In this document: positions 1 to 9,790 of the stretch, piece by piece | Numbering within the stretch: the first letter of the stretch is position 1 | How the letters are laid out: every line of letters starts with the position of its first letter | Assembly: GCA_965224085.1 (NCBI GenBank) | Contig: CBDCYI010000004.1 | Span: 160,001 to 224,000, forward strand | Source: Candidatus Marinacidobacterales bacterium | Lineage (GTDB): Bacteria > Acidobacteriota > Vicinamibacteria > Marinacidobacterales > SMYC01 | DNA length: 64,000 nt | Direction of reading: 5' to 3' | Translations under genes and position numbers: made by a program | Notes under the pieces: generated by a model | What the model saw: the letters and a program-made list of their open reading frames with translations, nothing else | Told to the model about the DNA's origin: nothing | Database searches by the model: none

Positions 1-910
1 CCAACGTGACCACGGGCATTCCCATCGCCATGTATTCGAAGATCTTGAGCGGTGACCAGTAGAAGCCGAGCTGCATCTGCCCGAGCTTCTCGGGTCGATA
101 CGGCGCGACGCCGACGTCACCCCATCTCAAATAGCCCGGCATCGCTTCGTAGCCAACGGCGCCGGTGAAGAGAACGCGGTCGCGAAGACCGAGCTCGTCC
201 GCGAGGCGCCGTGCTGGCTCCCATGAAGGCCCCGCGCCAACGAAGAGAAAGAATGCTTGCGGCAACTTCTCCGCGGCGCGCACGAGAGCGTCAGCGCCGT
301 GCCACGGGCGAAAGCTTCCCGAGAACACCACGACCGGCCGACCCTCCGGAATATCAAGCGCGGCAGGCTCGATCTCGGGGTGGAACCGCTCTACGTTCGC
401 GCCCCAATTCAACTGATGCACTTTCTCGGCGGGGACGTTGTCGGGAATGATCGACGGGAGCGGCGTAACGATTGCGTTAGACTTTGCCGCCACCTCGTCT
501 CGGAGACGACGCATGGGCCGGACGAGAAGTACATTGTCGAGAAAGCTCTTTAGTGAGCCGCGATGCTCCTCCAGCGGTGAGTTGACCTCTAGAAGCGACG
601 GGATGTCACGCTCATGCGCAGCTCGAATCCCTTCGCCACCAAAGTTGTAGTAGCGCTCGAGGACCGCGTCAATGCCGAATCGAACGAGAAGCTCGGCGAC
701 TTGGCGTCGCGCGGTCCATCGGAAAGCCCGGTGCTCCAAGAGCATCGCGCTCGGATGAAGCGTGAATGCCTCTCCGGACCCATGGCCGAGCGCGACAACG
801 TGAACTTCGTGCCCGAGCGACGCGAGACCGCGGGCCACTTCCTCGACGTGCACGGACCCGCCGGTGCGTCCCGGCACTCTCTGGTCGGAAGCGACGTAAA
901 GAAGGTTCAA
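1..910 (-). CDS. GT4-family glycosyltransferase, 3' end runs off window
   Basis: Not in ORF track. TTG at 910 overlaps stop of upstream gene; reads MNLLYVASDQRVPGRTGGSVHVEEVARGL...SPLKIFEYMAMGMPVVTL (GT4 EYMAxGxPVV motif). Confidence 0.85.
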   Translation of the reverse strand, partial: MNLLYVASDQRVPGRTGGSVHVEEVARGLASLGHEVHVVALGHGSGEAFTLHPSAMLLEHRAFRWTARRQVAELLVRFGIDAVLERYYNFGGEGIRAAHERDIPSLLEVNSPLEEHRGSLKSFLDNVLLVRPMRRLRDEVAAKSNAIVTPLPSIIPDNVPAEKVHQLNWGANVERFHPEIEPAALDIPEGRPVVVFSGSFRPWHGADALVRAAEKLPQAFFLFVGAGPSWEPARRLADELGLRDRVLFTGAVGYEAMPGYLRWGDVGVAPYRPEKLGQMQLGFYWSPLKIFEYMAMGMPVVTL

Positions 911-1992
911 ACCGCCTCGAGCAGCAAGAAAAACGGCCCGGTGCGCACCCGCCCAAAGAGCATCACATCGAGCTTCATCAACTGCGATGCGACCGTCAAC
1001 GGCGCGTGCGCCCAACGGCCGATTTCGGGCTTCGTCGAAACATAGTCGTGATCGTGCCCATCATGACCATCCCCATGGTGATGCGGCGCCTTCTCCCGGT
1101 CTACTTTCTTCTTCGCACCGCCAAAGAAGTTGTGCTCGATGAGCGGCAGCATGAGGTCTTCGAAGACGGCCTTGAAGACAACATTGTAATAACGGATGCC
1201 AGCGATGCGGAAACCGGCGCGCACGAGCACGTCGGCGAGTTGCTCGTAGCTTCGAAGCACGTTTTGATGATCGGATTTTCGCTCGCGTTCCGGCGCGTTG
1301 TCGACGAGGCCTCTTTGGTCGAGCCAGCGCACGGTCTTGTTAACGCCGCGTTGAAACGCCGCGAGCCGCGAGCTCATCATCACGTGCGAGTACAAGAAGA
1401 GCTTCCCGCCGGGTCTCAGGACGCGCCGTGCTTCGGCGAGCATCGCATCGACACCTTCTTCATCGAGGTGCTCGAGGACATCGAGCGAATAGGCTTTGTC
1501 GAAACTCGCGTCCTCGAACGGAAGCAGGCGGATATCGCCGCGCGTCAGATCCACCGTTTTCAGAGGTTCGGGCGCGAAGTGCGCGCCGGCATCGATCCCG
1601 ACAAGCTGGCCGCAGCGCGGCCGCGTGAAGTAGACAAAGCGGCCGTTGCCGCAGCCGATGTCGAGGATGCGATCCTTGCTCGACGGCGCAAGCATCTTCA
1701 GCATCATGTCCATTTTGATCCGCGCGGATAGAAAGAGCGGGCGGATCGCGTCCGTCCGGTAAAGGAACGCTTCTTCCGCGTATTCCGTGAGGCTCTCGAA
1801 CGTATCGGCCGGTGGTCGCAAGTCGAGATAGCCTCGCTCCGCGAGCGCCGGAAAGAGGCGACGGCAGCTCGGGCATCGCATGCCTTCGCCATCCGGTTCG
1901 AGCTTGGGCGGTTCGAGCTTGGGCGCGCCGCCGTTCGCCTGGGCCCGACAGGCAGGACAGTGCAGCACGCTCTTCAAATATTCCGAGATCAT
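907..1992 (-). CDS. Class I SAM methyltransferase with N-terminal Trm112-like Zn ribbon
   Basis: CPAC...CPSC; ILDIGCGNG motif I; DVLEHL; His-rich patch HHHGDGHDGHDHD. Confidence 0.85.
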   Translation of the reverse strand: MISEYLKSVLHCPACRAQANGGAPKLEPPKLEPDGEGMRCPSCRRLFPALAERGYLDLRPPADTFESLTEYAEEAFLYRTDAIRPLFLSARIKMDMMLKMLAPSSKDRILDIGCGNGRFVYFTRPRCGQLVGIDAGAHFAPEPLKTVDLTRGDIRLLPFEDASFDKAYSLDVLEHLDEEGVDAMLAEARRVLRPGGKLFLYSHVMMSSRLAAFQRGVNKTVRWLDQRGLVDNAPERERKSDHQNVLRSYEQLADVLVRAGFRIAGIRYYNVVFKAVFEDLMLPLIEHNFFGGAKKKVDREKAPHHHGDGHDGHDHDYVSTKPEIGRWAHAPLTVASQLMKLDVMLFGRVRTGPFFLLLEAV

Positions 1993-3338
1993 TGCGGCTC
2001 GCCCCGGCCGCTTCCCGCGAGGTCATCGCGCGCCACGAAATAGCGGCTCACGACCGAGACCAACCGTGGGGGCACCTCGTAGATCTGATTGTGAACGATG
2101 TCGCGCCATACGAGACGCTGGCGATCCATCAGTCCGAGGCCGAACTGCACCATGAGCGCTACGTTCCACAGCACGACGGCGCCTGCGAGTGTGGCGACGC
2201 CGGCACGCCTGACGTGAGGCACGACGAGCGCGAAGAACGCCGCTCCCCACACGGCGAAGATCACGGTCGCTCCAACGAATCGACGTGCGCCAAAAGCCCC
2301 CGCTTGCGTCCATGAGTCCACTGCCCCGGAGATCCAGACTTGCGACAAGAAACCAAGAAAGAGTGCTAACCCCGCCTCGCGCTCGCGGCGCAGAAACATC
2401 AACCCGCCCGCCGTGAACAACAGGAGGACCGGGCTCCAAAAATAGAGGCCATGTTGGGGAGAGAAGAGGACTTGAAAAAAATGCGGCGAGTACCACGCCA
2501 TCTTGTTTTGCACGTGCGACGATGGCAGCGGCTCTCCGTTCAGAATCTGGTACACGACGAGCTGGGGGAGGAAAACGAGAAAAGCGGCGAGCCCGAACGC
2601 CGCGAGCCGCTTCACGCGATCGTCCATCGCCACCGCCGGGACGAGCGCAGCCACCGCGAAGAACAGATCCTGCAAGCGCACGAGCGCCATGAGGCCCGCC
2701 GACGCGCCCCAAACCGCCCAGCGGAACGCGCTCGGCCGGACCCGCACCCAAGCTCCGAGACTGAAGAAGACGGCGACCGCAAACAAAGAAGCCGCGTGGC
2801 TCATTCCGGGTGCGATGTACATGTAATAAGCGACAGGGGTGCCCCACCAAAGGACGAGGATGGCGACGAGGCAGACGAAGGGCTCGGCGAAGCGGCGGGC
2901 GAGCCGGTAGCTGAGGAAAAGACCGATGGCGCCATAGAGCGCGGAGGCGAGGGTGACGGCCAGCCGGTAAGTCTGCGACATACCGTCCGCAGCCACATCC
3001 ACACCGTGGCTTCCGACAAAAACGAGCCCGGCATGCGCCGCAAGGTAAAAGGGCGACCAGAGCGCGGCCGTGCCGATCTCGCCGAAGTTCAGCTTCAAGC
3101 CGGTTGCCGTCTCGCGGTCGAGGAAGGTCTCCTTGAAACCTTGCCGGCCGTCCGGATCCTCTTCGTAGAAATGGGTGTACTCGTCGGCAAAGTCGAGGTC
3201 CCCGTCGAAGAGCACCGATGGTAAATAAGAGAAATATTCCACCGCGTCCGATTCGGAGATCCGAGGGCTCACGAGAACGAGCGAGCCGAGCAGCAGCACC
3301 CCCAAAACGAGCTCCGTTTTGTCCCGGAAGATCTTCAT
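1989..3338 (-). CDS. Multi-pass membrane glycosyltransferase (GT-C/PMT-like)
   Basis: SDAVEYFSYLPS loop after first TM, many TM helices, FGARRF motif; 4-bp overlaps with both neighbours. Confidence 0.7.
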   Translation of the reverse strand: MKIFRDKTELVLGVLLLGSLVLVSPRISESDAVEYFSYLPSVLFDGDLDFADEYTHFYEEDPDGRQGFKETFLDRETATGLKLNFGEIGTAALWSPFYLAAHAGLVFVGSHGVDVAADGMSQTYRLAVTLASALYGAIGLFLSYRLARRFAEPFVCLVAILVLWWGTPVAYYMYIAPGMSHAASLFAVAVFFSLGAWVRVRPSAFRWAVWGASAGLMALVRLQDLFFAVAALVPAVAMDDRVKRLAAFGLAAFLVFLPQLVVYQILNGEPLPSSHVQNKMAWYSPHFFQVLFSPQHGLYFWSPVLLLFTAGGLMFLRREREAGLALFLGFLSQVWISGAVDSWTQAGAFGARRFVGATVIFAVWGAAFFALVVPHVRRAGVATLAGAVVLWNVALMVQFGLGLMDRQRLVWRDIVHNQIYEVPPRLVSVVSRYFVARDDLAGSGRGEPQ

Positions 3339-4177
3339 GAGGACTTTCTGAGAAGGAGCTCCAAGTTACTAATAATGATGTTCTGGGTGAAGCCGTTCCG
3401 CTCCAGGGCGCTTCGCAGAAAGCCCGGAAGGTTCCGCATGAAAAAACCGCTCACATGGCGCTCTTCCTGCACGACATCGTAGCCGACTTTCTCGAGCCAC
3501 CGGTGGACCCCCGACACCGTCACTTTCTGGATCAGGTCGTCTTGTTTGGTCTCGCCGCGCTCTGCCATCAGCTTGAATGTGTTCGACTCTCTCGGCTCTT
3601 TCAGCCATTCCGGTCTTTTTCGGGCGATGTAGAAATTCAGCCGGAAGGCCCAGCTGCGAGGCAGCAAAAGATGGATCGGGATCGGGATACGCAGCCTCGA
3701 GAGGTGCGCGCCGGCAAAGCTGAGATACGGCGGGGTCTGAAGGAACAAAACGCCACCAGGCCGCAGCACGCGATGGCATTCCGCGAGATAGGACTCCGGT
3801 AAGTGCACGTGCTCGATGACCGAGTGGGAGAGCACGAGATCGAAGCTCTCCGCGGTGAATGGAAGCGCGGCGCCGTCCCCCTGCACGAAGCGCGCATTGC
3901 CGATCTTGCGCTCGCGCGCAAACCGCACACCCGCATCGCCGAACTTGTTCTTGATATCGAGCCCGACAGCCTGATCGCATTCCTCGGCGAACGAGACCGC
4001 GATGCCGCCGGAGCCGCAGCCCGCGTCGAGGACGCGGCCTTTCACATCGATACCGTCCCTTTCGAGCCGCTTCAGGATCTTGGCGCTGCGGTAGTACTCG
4101 AAGAGCGCGTAGTGATAGCTCGAGCGGAAGCGGATATCTCCGTGCTCGCGGATGGCATCGTTTTTGATCTCACGCAA
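3335..4177 (-). CDS. Class I SAM methyltransferase
   Basis: VLDAGCGSGG, FDLVLSHSVIEHV, LRPGG; TTG start at 4177 overlaps upstream stop (ORF-track start 4342 is probably too long). Confidence 0.8.
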   Translation of the reverse strand: MREIKNDAIREHGDIRFRSSYHYALFEYYRSAKILKRLERDGIDVKGRVLDAGCGSGGIAVSFAEECDQAVGLDIKNKFGDAGVRFARERKIGNARFVQGDGAALPFTAESFDLVLSHSVIEHVHLPESYLAECHRVLRPGGVLFLQTPPYLSFAGAHLSRLRIPIPIHLLLPRSWAFRLNFYIARKRPEWLKEPRESNTFKLMAERGETKQDDLIQKVTVSGVHRWLEKVGYDVVQEERHVSGFFMRNLPGFLRSALERNGFTQNIIISNLELLLRKSS

Positions 4178-5300
4178 GGCAAGCCTCGTAGAGATCGAGA
4201 TAGGTCCGGACCGCGGTCGCCGGACGCAGCTCCTTGTCGATGCGCGCTCGCGTCGCTTCCGAGGAGCGTGCGGTGCGACCGAGCTCGGTGCGGATGACTT
4301 TGGCAAGTGGCTCGATTTGCTCCCGTGGCACGATGCGGACATCGTCGGGAAAGAGCTCGCTGAGCTCGATGCCTCCTGGGTGATCAGCCGAGACGATACG
4401 AAGGCCGGACGCCAGCGCTTCCGCCGCCACCGTGGGAAAGGCTTCGAGTCGCGAAGGCAGCACGAAGAGATCCGCAGCGTGGTAGTAACGCGGAAGCTCG
4501 CGGTTGTCGACGAGGCCGAGTAGCGTGACCACGCTTTCGAGCGAAAGCTCCCGGATCAAACTTTCGAGCTCGCCGCGGGATTCGCCTTCTCCCGCGATGA
4601 TGAGCTTGGCGTCGGGAAATTTTTGGAGCACGAACGGCATCGCCTCGACGAGAAAACGCTGGCCCGCCAGAGGATGAAGCCGCTTGACGTTGAGAAGAAG
4701 TGGGCCTTCGATGCCGAGCGCTTGGCGCGCTTTTCGGCGTTCGCCCTCGGTCGGCGCGCGAAAACGATTATCGACAGGTGGGTAGATGACCGCGGGATGT
4801 TTGGGGACGATGCCGAGCTCGATGGAGCGTTCGAGCAACAGCCGGCTGTAGAAGGCCACGTGCTCGGCGTTCTCGTTCATCCACAAGAACGGATCGATCC
4901 GGCGCCGCTGGTAGTGCCAGATCTCCGTTCCGTAATGCGTGAGGACGTAAGGCAAACCCCGCCCGCGAGCGATGGCCGCGGCTGCCTGGTTCATGAACGT
5001 GTTGCTGTGGATGTGCACGACGTCCACGTCGTGAAACGCTTTGCGCGCTTTGGCGCGGACCGCAAACCACGTCTCGAGCTGGCTCAACCGAAGCTTGCGG
5101 CTAAGACCGTTGCGCGGGCGCGGGATATAGTGGACGCCGGGGTTTTGGGGACTTTTTGCGGGACTGGGGTCGCGAGGCTCGAAGGCCATGAGCTGTACGT
5201 CGTGGCCGTCCGCGACGAGCCCGTCGTGCAAAAGCTGTGGCAAGAGCGCGTTGGCCGCCTGATCGGGCGGAAGGTGCGGGGTGACCATACATATCTTCAC
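4170..5300 (-). CDS. GT4-family glycosyltransferase
   Basis: VKICMVTPHLPP start (GTGA overlap); ADLFVLPSRLEAFPTVAAEALASG motif. Confidence 0.9.
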   Translation of the reverse strand: MKICMVTPHLPPDQAANALLPQLLHDGLVADGHDVQLMAFEPRDPSPAKSPQNPGVHYIPRPRNGLSRKLRLSQLETWFAVRAKARKAFHDVDVVHIHSNTFMNQAAAAIARGRGLPYVLTHYGTEIWHYQRRRIDPFLWMNENAEHVAFYSRLLLERSIELGIVPKHPAVIYPPVDNRFRAPTEGERRKARQALGIEGPLLLNVKRLHPLAGQRFLVEAMPFVLQKFPDAKLIIAGEGESRGELESLIRELSLESVVTLLGLVDNRELPRYYHAADLFVLPSRLEAFPTVAAEALASGLRIVSADHPGGIELSELFPDDVRIVPREQIEPLAKVIRTELGRTARSSEATRARIDKELRPATAVRTYLDLYEACLA

Positions 5301-6292
5301 GCGTTCACCCAAGCCTCTCGGAACCCGCAGAAGGTCGCGCCGCGTGCGCCGTTTTGCGTCAGAAAGGCCAAAAGCGTCTCGAGCTCGCGATAGAACCGGT
5401 CCACGTCGTCCTGGGTCTGGTTGTACGGGCTTCCGCCCGGAAGAAGCTCGCTCGAGTGAAAAATGATGTTCGCCGTGGGCGCCTCCCCATCCAAGACACG
5501 TCGTGCGAGCTCGAGCATGTCTTCGGTCTTGGAGTAGGAAGGTCGAAGCCAGATCGGTCGTGTGATCCGGAGAAGCCTCAACGCGCGGCGAAACTGATAG
5601 GCGGGCGTGACATCGGCATAGGCCGTTTGCAAGATTCGTGGCCATTTGCGATCGAGCGCGCTCGTGATGGGGATTTCGAGAAGTGTGCTCTCGCCCGCGC
5701 GCCGTGGATCTTCACGGCTCAAGAAATACGGCACGAGGGGCGCCCCCGCGAAAGACGGACCGCCTTTGCGCTTCTCATTGAAGAACGGATCGACGCTCGA
5801 GTCCACGAGATAGCCTTGCTCTTCGAGGATCCCCACTTGCCAACCCGTGAAGCCGTTTCTTCCGGCGCGATAGGACACAGGCGCCTGGTGCGCGATCTCC
5901 GCGACCGCAACGGTCAAGACTTTCAGCTGCGCGCGAAAGTGCTCGGGCGACAAGTTCAACGGGTACAGATGCCCGTCGACGAGCGGCGGCGTCGACCACG
6001 GATGATGATGGGTCGCGATCTCGGCGCGCCCCGTTTCCGCGAGCTCGCGCAACACTTTCTTGGCGCCGTCATCCACCGCCATCTCGTGCGTCACAAGATA
6101 GGTCGGCGGCACGCCGTAGCGATCGCAGAGCTCTTGAAGGCGCGGAAGCTCGTACACGTTGCGCACCGGGAGCGCCTTACGCGCGTTCGGCTCCCACTGA
6201 TTGTCAGCCTCGGTATCGACTCCGAGAAGGATGCGCGTGTCAATCTTAGCCTTAGTCTTAGCCTTAGTCTCAGTCTCAGCCTCAATCTCCAT
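5297..6292 (-). CDS. Polysaccharide deacetylase (WalW-like)
   Basis: GVDTEAD, EIATHHHPW, SYRAGRNG, FHSSEL motifs. Confidence 0.85.
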   Translation of the reverse strand: MEIEAETETKAKTKAKIDTRILLGVDTEADNQWEPNARKALPVRNVYELPRLQELCDRYGVPPTYLVTHEMAVDDGAKKVLRELAETGRAEIATHHHPWSTPPLVDGHLYPLNLSPEHFRAQLKVLTVAVAEIAHQAPVSYRAGRNGFTGWQVGILEEQGYLVDSSVDPFFNEKRKGGPSFAGAPLVPYFLSREDPRRAGESTLLEIPITSALDRKWPRILQTAYADVTPAYQFRRALRLLRITRPIWLRPSYSKTEDMLELARRVLDGEAPTANIIFHSSELLPGGSPYNQTQDDVDRFYRELETLLAFLTQNGARGATFCGFREAWVNA

Positions 6293-7383
6293 CACGCTTC
6301 CCGATCCTGATCGGAATCTCCGAAGGTAACGTGCCAGCGGGACGTGTCGCGGAAGAACCTTTCGTCGACGTGGTCGCTTCGGATGCGCACGCAAAACTGC
6401 ATCGGGCTTTCGAGCCGCATGAAGCCTTTGTTGGCGAGCCGCGAAGCGATTCGGCGATCGAAAGTGAAGGTCTGCATGCGTGCCGCGCCCCGCTCGCGCG
6501 CCCAAGCGAAAGCCTGGTCGAGTAGAGCCCCAATCGTGGCTTTGTCCTCAGGATGCGCCAGCAGGTCGACGAGGAGGGCGAGTGGGACGCTGTTTCTCTC
6601 CGTCATCCGCAGTACGATGTAGCCCGAGAGCTCGCCGTCTCGGTGCGCCTCGAAGACGTCATAGCTGACGTGCGGTACGCGGTGGTACTTCCACTCCAGG
6701 TAGCGCGCCTTGCGTTCAGCAATGAAGTCGAAGTTGGGCGCGACGCGCTCCCACAGAGCGTCGTAGGCATCGTCGAAGGGTTCCATGACCGCACGCGTCT
6801 CGATCGTGGCGCGCACTCGGGTCTTGCGCTCAGGAAAGACGAGCCAAAAGAACAAAGACACGAAGGGCGCGAGCACGGCCGCGACGGCCGCGCCGAGACG
6901 GCGTGTGAGAAGGCCACGGACGTCGAGCACTTTCGAGAAGCACGGCACCGGGCCGACATCCTCCCAATTCAGCCTCTTGAAAAGCGTATAAGAGGAGACC
7001 GACAAGCCCAGCCCGAGCGAAGCCTCTACTTGCTGGTCCCAGTACAGAAACAGCCGCGAGCCGATGCCCTTTCGCTGGAGGTTGGAGCCAACCATGACGT
7101 CCATGCCCCAGGAGGCTCGCAGGATCTTGCCCAGAACTTTGAGTCGAACCGGCATCGTCGCATATTGGCCGAGCACCCGATCACCTTCTTTGGCCACCCA
7201 GATTTCGGGGCCTTCAGGCGGGCAGTTCGGGTTGTCTTCGTACTGCCATCGCCAGCGCTCGCGGCTGTTCTCGGTGGCTTTCGCGCCAAAGACCTCTCGA
7301 TACATGGCTTCGAGCGGGCCTCGATCCGCCTCCGAGCGTCGCGAGATCGCGATTCTCTCTCCCGGGCGGCTTGCGGCCGTCAT
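6292..7383 (-). CDS. GNAT-family N-acyltransferase (tandem GNAT)
   Basis: WRWQYEDNP, MDVMV..QRKGIG acetyl-CoA motif, C-terminal GDSD. Confidence 0.8.
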   Translation of the reverse strand: MTAASRPGERIAISRRSEADRGPLEAMYREVFGAKATENSRERWRWQYEDNPNCPPEGPEIWVAKEGDRVLGQYATMPVRLKVLGKILRASWGMDVMVGSNLQRKGIGSRLFLYWDQQVEASLGLGLSVSSYTLFKRLNWEDVGPVPCFSKVLDVRGLLTRRLGAAVAAVLAPFVSLFFWLVFPERKTRVRATIETRAVMEPFDDAYDALWERVAPNFDFIAERKARYLEWKYHRVPHVSYDVFEAHRDGELSGYIVLRMTERNSVPLALLVDLLAHPEDKATIGALLDQAFAWARERGAARMQTFTFDRRIASRLANKGFMRLESPMQFCVRIRSDHVDERFFRDTSRWHVTFGDSDQDREA

Positions 7384-7453
7384 CGTCGGTGCAGAAGACA
7401 TGGTCGAAGAAGAAGATCCTAGCACGAGGCTCGTGCTGGGGTCGGAAGCCGGC

Positions 7454-7648
7454 CTAGTCCGGGGGCATGACGAGAGCGAGGATTACATAGACGAGGATGC
7501 CGGGAAAAGCGGCCGAGCAGATCGAGACCAGCACGTAGGCAACCCGGACAATCGTGGGATCCCAACCGAGCCATTTGGAAAGGCCACCGCAGACACCGAG
7601 GATCATGCGATCGCTGCTGGAGCGCGTGAGCCGATTCGAGCTCGTCAT
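7454..7648 (-). CDS. pspC: PspC domain protein
   Basis: RLTRSSSDRMILGVCGGLSKWLGWDPTIVR...YVILALVMP. Confidence 0.85.
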   Translation of the reverse strand: MTSSNRLTRSSSDRMILGVCGGLSKWLGWDPTIVRVAYVLVSICSAAFPGILVYVILALVMPPD

Positions 7649-7710
7649 CTCTCGAGAAGATTACCACAAGCAGTTGAACCTGGGGCCGGCGTCCTTTACT
7701 CTCCCGTTTC

Positions 7711-7989
7711 ATGGGCTGCCTCGTGGGTTGCGTCGCACTCGCCTTCCCCCGTTTGGTGCTCTTCTTCATGTTCCTCACGAGCAACTATATCGGCCGCGCT
7801 TACGAAACGAACCTCTGGCCGGTGGTGGGCTTTCTCTTCATGCCGCTCACGACGATTGCTTATGCCTGGGCGGTGAACGCGAATGGCACGGTAACGGGCG
7901 CCTATCTCGTCGTAGTGGTCATCGCGGTCCTAATGGATCTGGGGACGACGGGTAACGGCGCCCATCGTGGCGCCAAGCGGTGGGAGTAG
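7711..7989 (+). CDS. Small hypothetical membrane protein
   Basis: Hydrophobic 92 aa, FPRL...GFLFMPLTT; converges on rhomboid gene. Confidence 0.65.
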   Translation: MGCLVGCVALAFPRLVLFFMFLTSNYIGRAYETNLWPVVGFLFMPLTTIAYAWAVNANGTVTGAYLVVVVIAVLMDLGTTGNGAHRGAKRWE

Positions 7990-8874
7990 CTACTGGTTCG
8001 GGAAGAAATTCAGCCCCGTCACGAACGAGACGATCACGGCGATGGCGGTGAGCGCGATGCACACGACGGCGAGAAGCAAGTGGTCGCCTCGCTCCGGCTT
8101 TAGCGGGTCGAGAAACTTCGCCACAAAATAGCCGCCCACGAGCCCGCCGAGGTGAGCCTGGTTGTCCACGCCGCGCATAACGATCCCGAAGACCGCGAAC
8201 ATGATGGCGTAGAACTTCATCTGCTGCTCGAGGGCGGAGCTTCCCGTGCGCCGGCTGTAATACCAGAGCGCGCCTAGGAGCCCAAAAACCGAGGCGGACG
8301 CCCCGATGGTCAGCTGCGCTCCCGCGAGACCCACGAAGGATAAAAGCCATCCAAACGGTAAATAAGGATAGATCAGCATCGCCGCGCTGCTGAACGCGAA
8401 GCCGGTGATACATGCCACGGTATAAATGATGATCATCCGGCCCGCGCCGTAATACTCCGCGACGGCGGGCGCGAAGCTTCGGACGATATACATGTTGAAG
8501 CCAATATGCATGATCCCGCCATGAAGCCACCCCGCGCTCAGAACCGTCCACCAGCGGCCGAGCTCGAAGACGGGGATCTGGCCGCTCGCCCCGAAGATAA
8601 AGAGCGCGTTGGTGCTCGGGCTCAGCATGTTCATGAACCCGCCCATCTGGATGCCGGAGGGGTCCACGGCGAGCGTCGCGATGTAGAGGAAGACGGAGCC
8701 GGTGATGACGAGCTTGACGAAGCCCATGTCGCGGCCGAGCGCACGGATGGCGCCCCCGAAACCCCACATGCTGGGATTACTGCGCCCGCAGTTGAAGCAC
8801 GTCTCGTCGTTCACGCCGACGAGCTGGCCGCACGAGGAACAAAGGACGGATCCCGACTTTTGTCGTTCGAACAT
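7990..8874 (-). CDS. Rhomboid intramembrane serine protease with N-terminal Zn ribbon
   Basis: CSSC..CFNC, HGGIMHIGFN, GASAS, NQAHLGGLVGG. Confidence 0.9.
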   Translation of the reverse strand: MFERQKSGSVLCSSCGQLVGVNDETCFNCGRSNPSMWGFGGAIRALGRDMGFVKLVITGSVFLYIATLAVDPSGIQMGGFMNMLSPSTNALFIFGASGQIPVFELGRWWTVLSAGWLHGGIMHIGFNMYIVRSFAPAVAEYYGAGRMIIIYTVACITGFAFSSAAMLIYPYLPFGWLLSFVGLAGAQLTIGASASVFGLLGALWYYSRRTGSSALEQQMKFYAIMFAVFGIVMRGVDNQAHLGGLVGGYFVAKFLDPLKPERGDHLLLAVVCIALTAIAVIVSFVTGLNFFPNQ

Positions 8875-9024
8875 CTTTGGTGGCATTCTAGCAGGCAAAA
8901 GAGAATTTCACTCGCCTGGGTACTTTCGAGTGAACGAACGATTTCGGTCACTCCCCGATGACCTCCGCCCACGCGGGCGGTGCCCTTGCTGTCAAATTGA
9001 GCTGGTGACTGACAGAATGGTCCA

Positions 9025-9729
9025 ATGAAGACCGATGCGCCAAGCTACCACGGCTATCGATTTCCACCGGAAATCATCAGCCACGCCGTCTGGCTCTACC
9101 ACCGATTCTGCGTGAGCTTTCGAAACGTCGAAGAGCTGCTTGCTCAGCGAGGCATCACGGTTTCCTACGAAGCGATCCGACTTTGGTGCATCAAGTTCGG
9201 GCCGGAATACGCTCGGCGACTGAAGCGTCGGCAGGGTCGCCTTGGTGACACGTGGCACCTGGACGAGGTCTTCATAAAGATACAAGGCGAACGCCAATAC
9301 CTCTGGCGCGCGGTAGACCAAGATGGTGATGTGATTGATATCCTCGTCCAGCCTCGCCGTGATCAGAAAGCCGCCAAACGATTCTTCCGCAAGCTGTTGA
9401 AAGGGCAAGGCCGTCCGCCCTGGCAGCTGGTCACCGACAAACTGAGAAGCTACAGCGCCGCTCACCGCGAGGTCATGCCGTCCGTCGTCCACGACACTGA
9501 CCAGTACAGAAACAACCTAGCCGAAGTCTCGCACGAACCGACGCGACAACGGGAACGACAGATGCGGAAGTTTAAAACTCCTGGGCAGGCGCAACGATTC
9601 TTGACCGTGCATGGACTCGTGCAAAACCTCTTTCGCGTCGGACGGCATTTGTTGCAAGCGCATCATCATCGGGAGCTACGAGACCGCGCTTTCATCGTCT
9701 GGCAGGAGGTAACCTGTGCCGTCCGATGA
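9025..9729 (+). CDS. IS6-family DDE transposase
   Basis: YHGYRFPPEII, WHLDEVF, YLWRAVD, VTDKLRSY, NNLAEVSH. Confidence 0.95.
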   Translation: MKTDAPSYHGYRFPPEIISHAVWLYHRFCVSFRNVEELLAQRGITVSYEAIRLWCIKFGPEYARRLKRRQGRLGDTWHLDEVFIKIQGERQYLWRAVDQDGDVIDILVQPRRDQKAAKRFFRKLLKGQGRPPWQLVTDKLRSYSAAHREVMPSVVHDTDQYRNNLAEVSHEPTRQRERQMRKFKTPGQAQRFLTVHGLVQNLFRVGRHLLQAHHHRELRDRAFIVWQEVTCAVR

Positions 9730-9790
9730 GAGCAAAGGAAATCAGCTCGACGCAATAGGTTCGCTCGCTCAACGTCAACTAATAAGAAAC

